A stretch of DNA of 64,000 nucleotides, taken from assembly GCA_037445065.1 (NCBI GenBank), contig JBBILD010000011.1, positions 32,001 through 96,000 on the forward strand, read 5' to 3'. The notes beneath the pieces were generated by a model, which worked only from the letters and a program-made list of their open reading frames with translations, did no database searches and was not told the DNA's origin. Positions 60,246 to 64,000 of this stretch are shown in pieces. Each line of letters starts with the position of its first letter. The stretch's first letter is position 1. The position numbers and the translations under genes are program-made. This DNA comes from Myxococcales bacterium. Its GTDB lineage: Bacteria > Desulfobacterota > Binatia > HRBIN30.

Positions 60246-61910
60246 ATGACTCGATCCCTCGAGCAGCCCTTCGAGCTGCAAGCGACACAGCAGATCATTG
60301 ACGCGAGCGCCGCGGTCGTGGATGCAGCTTTGGCCGCGGCACGCGAACGAACCGCGCGCGGTCAAGAGATCGACCGCGCGCAGCCTCACTGCGAGCGCCT
60401 TGCATACGCGGCAACCGAAGTGCGAGCCGCGCGGGATTTGCTGGCCTACGTTCAGCAAGCCGCCGCTGCCGGCGAACAGACGGCCATCCTCCAGGACATG
60501 GCCGCCCTGTTTGCTGCGGAAGTGGCGCAAAAGCTGGCGAGCCAGGTGGACGCTCATTGGCACGATTTTGGGGTGAGTAGCGAGCACTACCGCGCCACCT
60601 TGGAAGCGCCGGAAACCAAAGCGTTGTTGCGGGCTGCTCTCGAGGACGCACGTGTTTGTGCCATCGGCCGGCATGTCATTGCCACCCGTGGCGCCAATCA
60701 CTGCTGGCTGGACAGCGACCTCGCCGTGATGACCCGTGACTCGGTGCGGCAGTTTGCCGAAGCCGAGGTGCTTCCGATCGCAGAACGGATCCACCGCCAC
60801 GATGAGATCGTCCCCGACGACCTGATTCAAAAGATGGCTGAACTCGGCTTTTTCGGCATGTCGGTTCCCGAACAATACGGCGGAGGGGGCATGGGCAATC
60901 TGCCCATGATCCTGACCACCGAGGAACTCTCGCGCTGCTCCTTGGCTGCGGCAGGAAGTTTGATCACGCGACCAGAGATCCTCACCAAGGCGCTGCTCAA
61001 GGGTGGTACCGAGGAGCAGAAGAAGCGCTGGCTGCCGCCGATCGCGCGCGGCGAAATCATGGTGGCGATCTCTGTGACGGAGCCCGATACCGGTTCGGAC
61101 GTGGCCTCTATCAAGTGCCGCGCCGAAGAGGCCGAAGTGAATGGGCAGCGGGGATACGTGATCAATGGTGCGAAGGCCTGGTGTACGTTTGCCGGACGTG
61201 CCAATGTGCTCGCGCTGCTCGCCCGCACCGACCCCGATCCGCGAAAAGGGGCGCGCGGGCTGTCGCTGTTCATTGTTCCGAAAGATCCCTTTTACGGCCA
61301 CACGTTCGAAATGCGCCAGCCGTCGGGAGGGCTGTTGGTGGGTAAAGCGGATGCGACCCCGGGCTACCGCGGGATGCATTCTTTTACCTTGAGCTTCGAG
61401 AATTACTTCGTGCCAGCGGAAAACCTGGTGGGTGGCGAGGCCCAGAAGAACAAAGGCTTTTACTTGCAGATGGCCGGCTTTGCGGCGGGCCGGCTGCAAA
61501 CGGGTGGCCGCGCGACTGGTTTGGCGCAGGCTGCGCTGGAGCGCACCGCGGAGTACGCCAATGACCGCAAGCAGTTTGGCCGCCCGATCGGCGACTTTTT
61601 GCTCACCCAATACAAGCTCGGGCGCATGGCCACCCACATTATGGCGGCGCGCCAACTCACTTACGCAGCGGCGCGCAAGATGGACGAGGACGAATCTGCC
61701 GCCCTCGAGCCCGCCATGGCCAAGCTCCTCGCATCCGATGTGGCAGTGTGGGCCACGCAAGAAGGCCAGTTGCTACACGGTGGCTGGGGATACGCCGAAG
61801 AGTTTCCCATTTCGCGCTACGTGGTTGACGCGTTAGTGCTGCCGATTTTCGAGGGAGTCAAACCGATCCTGGAACTCAAGGTAATTGCCCGGCAGTTGCT
61901 TGCCGCCTAG
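60246..61910 (+). CDS. Acyl-CoA dehydrogenase with long N-terminal extension, (2S)-methylsuccinyl-CoA dehydrogenase-like
   Basis: 554 aa; 'EELSR...GSLITRPEI', 'TEPDTGSD', 'GYRGM', 'RKQFG', 'IFEG'. Confidence 0.8.
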   Translation: MTRSLEQPFELQATQQIIDASAAVVDAALAAARERTARGQEIDRAQPHCERLAYAATEVRAARDLLAYVQQAAAAGEQTAILQDMAALFAAEVAQKLASQVDAHWHDFGVSSEHYRATLEAPETKALLRAALEDARVCAIGRHVIATRGANHCWLDSDLAVMTRDSVRQFAEAEVLPIAERIHRHDEIVPDDLIQKMAELGFFGMSVPEQYGGGGMGNLPMILTTEELSRCSLAAAGSLITRPEILTKALLKGGTEEQKKRWLPPIARGEIMVAISVTEPDTGSDVASIKCRAEEAEVNGQRGYVINGAKAWCTFAGRANVLALLARTDPDPRKGARGLSLFIVPKDPFYGHTFEMRQPSGGLLVGKADATPGYRGMHSFTLSFENYFVPAENLVGGEAQKNKGFYLQMAGFAAGRLQTGGRATGLAQAALERTAEYANDRKQFGRPIGDFLLTQYKLGRMATHIMAARQLTYAAARKMDEDESAALEPAMAKLLASDVAVWATQEGQLLHGGWGYAEEFPISRYVVDALVLPIFEGVKPILELKVIARQLLAA

Positions 61911-61924
61911 GTGTGCGGCGGGGG

Positions 61925-63214
61925 TCACTCGATCCGGCTCACCCGGCCTCCATCATCGGCGACGAAGAGCACGGTGCGGTCAGGTGCGGCGGCACTGACC
62001 GCCACTCCGCCGCGGATCGCCGCGCCTACGGGGATCGTCTGCGTGCCGCCCACTTGTGGGCCTGCATCTTCGATGACGTACACGTTGCCGTCCATGCTTG
62101 CAGCCACGACCGAGCGGCCAGCGCTGTGCACGAGCACCCCCAGTGGCGCGTGGATCGCTCCCGGCAAGCTGTGACTCCAAACTACCGCACCGCTGCTGGT
62201 GTCAACCGAGTGCACCTCGCCCGTGGTGGTTGCGATGTAGAGCCGGTCTCCTGCCAACGCCGGCGCCGCGAGCACCTGGGGTTCTCCCCCGCCAGCTCCG
62301 ACGGGCAGAGCCACGTTGTAGCGGAGTTGGCCTGTGGCAGCGTCTACCTTGAACAGCCGCCCGTTGGTGTCGACCGCAAACACCGCTTCCCCGTCCGGTC
62401 CTCCCTCATCCGTTGCGATCACCGGCCCTCCGGCGACCGGGGCACTCGTGCTCACCGTCCACAGTAAGAATCCGTCGTTGCGGGTCATGCGCAAAGTGCG
62501 GTCCTCACCGGCCCACACCACGTTCCCACCCGCACTGACGGCAGGACTTGTCGTGAAGGGAGCGATGGCAGTGCCGAGGAAACGCAGGACGCCGTTGGGA
62601 CAAATCCCCACTTCGTTGCGCGCGAGCGTGCCGGCATAAATTGTTCCGTCGGTGGGGCTCAGAGACAGCGACCGCCCGACCGCGCCACCCACGTTGAAGG
62701 GAAAGAACCCGGGCTGCTTGGCCCCCGTTTGGTCGATGGCGAAGACGAAACCTGACTCCGAACCGAAAAACAGCGCTTCTTGCCCAGAACGAACACCAAC
62801 GAGAGCGGTGGTACGAACCGAGAGGGCGCCAGTGAAGTTGAAGCGGCTCGGGTCCAACCTGGCCAGCGTTCCAGTGTCCAGCGCGTAGAGCTGGCCGTCG
62901 GTGTTGCCAGCGTACAGCACGGCATCGAGCGGTTGGTCGCTTGGCTGCCCGTTGCCCAGTACGGGTTGTACGACAAACGGCGACGGCGGCGTCGTTTCAA
63001 ACTGGGCGACGATGGTCGCGTTCAAGCGAACCGGCGCGGCGGTGATGGCCCCTGTGTTCTGGCTGTCTCTTTGGTATTTGGGCCAGCTCGAGCGGGCCAG
63101 GGTTGCGGGGTTCTGAAAACTGCACCGCGTCCCCCCGCCGGAGTCGCAGCCGGTTAGGCAAATCACGACGGACAAGGTAGCGCTGGCGAGAGCACGGATG
63201 CTTGGTCGGTTCAT
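61925..63214 (-). CDS. PQQ-like (BamB-type) beta-propeller lipoprotein
   Basis: Lipobox 'LTGC'; 'SWPKYQRDSQNTG'; repeated 'G-x-L/V-Y/H-A-(L/V)D-x-x-T/SG' blades. Confidence 0.8.
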   Translation of the reverse strand: MNRPSIRALASATLSVVICLTGCDSGGGTRCSFQNPATLARSSWPKYQRDSQNTGAITAAPVRLNATIVAQFETTPPSPFVVQPVLGNGQPSDQPLDAVLYAGNTDGQLYALDTGTLARLDPSRFNFTGALSVRTTALVGVRSGQEALFFGSESGFVFAIDQTGAKQPGFFPFNVGGAVGRSLSLSPTDGTIYAGTLARNEVGICPNGVLRFLGTAIAPFTTSPAVSAGGNVVWAGEDRTLRMTRNDGFLLWTVSTSAPVAGGPVIATDEGGPDGEAVFAVDTNGRLFKVDAATGQLRYNVALPVGAGGGEPQVLAAPALAGDRLYIATTTGEVHSVDTSSGAVVWSHSLPGAIHAPLGVLVHSAGRSVVAASMDGNVYVIEDAGPQVGGTQTIPVGAAIRGGVAVSAAAPDRTVLFVADDGGRVSRIE

Positions 63215-64000
63215 TGGGTTCCAACTCGGTACAGATACCCGTCATCCGCCCCCACCCAGATGGTGCCGTCGAAGTCAACCGCGGCGGAGGAACGAATGGC
63301 GGCGCTGGTAAGCTGCAGCGGAGGCCACGCCGGCAAGCCGGTACCGTTGTCGAGGGCGTAGAGGATCCCAGCGGTCGTGCCGAACACCAGGTACCCGTCG
63401 GAGGAGAGCGCTGGCGAAGACAGCACCACCCCCTCGACTGCCTGCTGAACATCGCCGAGCGGGGCATCTCGACCATCACCGCCGCGCACGGCAATGATCC
63501 GCCCATCCTTTGTAACCCCAAACAACACCGACTGCAGTGACGGTGGAGTCGCTGTCGGAGAGGCGGTTGCCGTGGGGCTCGGCGACGCCTGTGGAACCGG
63601 GGTTGTGTCTGGGACTGGGCTCGGGGTGGGGGTTGCGGTCGCAATGGAGAGCGTGACAGTTGGAGTGAGCGTGGGAGTTTCCGTCGGCAATAACTGGGCT
63701 CCGAGAGCGAGCGAGGCAGCAAAACTCGCCTCAGGGAAGACCCGGAGCCAGAGTGTCCCGGAGCCGTCGGGGGCGAGCGCACGGATGGTCCCATCGCTCG
63801 TGTTGGCGTAAAACGCAGTCGTACTCACCACAGGGGCCAGTGCGACCGGTGTATCGGGGTCGGTGCCGGGCCCCACCTTCGAACGCCAGCGCAAGACGCC
63901 GCCTTCGAGCGCGGCGAGAAGATGCCAGTGGCCGTCGCTCGAGGCAACCAGCACGCCGTTGCCGAGGGCCAAAGCGGGAGACGACAAAAAAGGGGTTGGA
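63211..64000 (-). CDS. PQQ-like beta-propeller protein with internal Pro/Thr linker (5' end beyond the window)
   Basis: 'SSPAL', 'YALDNGTG', 'VGADDGYLY'; frame open to the right edge; ATGA overlap with the next gene. Confidence 0.78.
   Translation of the reverse strand, partial: PTPFLSSPALALGNGVLVASSDGHWHLLAALEGGVLRWRSKVGPGTDPDTPVALAPVVSTTAFYANTSDGTIRALAPDGSGTLWLRVFPEASFAASLALGAQLLPTETPTLTPTVTLSIATATPTPSPVPDTTPVPQASPSPTATASPTATPPSLQSVLFGVTKDGRIIAVRGGDGRDAPLGDVQQAVEGVVLSSPALSSDGYLVFGTTAGILYALDNGTGLPAWPPLQLTSAAIRSSAAVDFDGTIWVGADDGYLYRVGTQ

Overview
GC-rich bacterial chromosomal segment, almost all coding. I found no rRNA, tRNA, CRISPR array or mobile element. Gene content and style suggest Candidatus Binatia or a related former-deltaproteobacterial lineage; this is inference from the LLM oxidoreductase, YCF48+MMPL pair, Pro/Thr-stalk FG-GAP proteins and the xerC-hslVU-argBDFG block. 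Left to right: TetR + LLM oxidoreductase; a minus-strand accessory enzyme run (rhomboid, enoyl-CoA hydratase, PLP aldolase, CMD, cupin, GST, APH-type kinase, PPOX); xerC-hslV-hslU-argB-argD-argF-argG and a divergent YchF; SagB-type nitroreductase; Zn-ribbon-MEMO1-ptsP; an envelope cluster (YCF48, PDZ-inserted MMPL, GldF/GldG-like, UbiB kinase, DUF4340-like); a hypothetical gene with a sigma54-like promoter; thiolase + pseudo-HMGCS-DUF35; two FG-GAP proteins with MYXO-CTERM-like tails; groEL, groES, and dnaA with upstream DnaA boxes but no dnaN; VKOR-DsbA; the rimP-nusA-ylxR-infB-ylxP-rbfA-truB operon; greA; a CoA transferase; meaB and methylmalonyl-CoA mutase; a ferredoxin; a non-canonical SucCD-like ligase divergent from a methylsuccinyl-CoA-dehydrogenase-like gene; and two PQQ-type beta-propeller genes. 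The best candidates for undescribed biology are the SucCD-like/Mcd-like/mutase module, the MMPL(PDZ)-Gld-UbiB envelope cluster, and the isolated dnaA beside groESL. All family calls come from motif recognition by eye; no database search was run. Several starts were moved from the ORF track to downstream ATGs.
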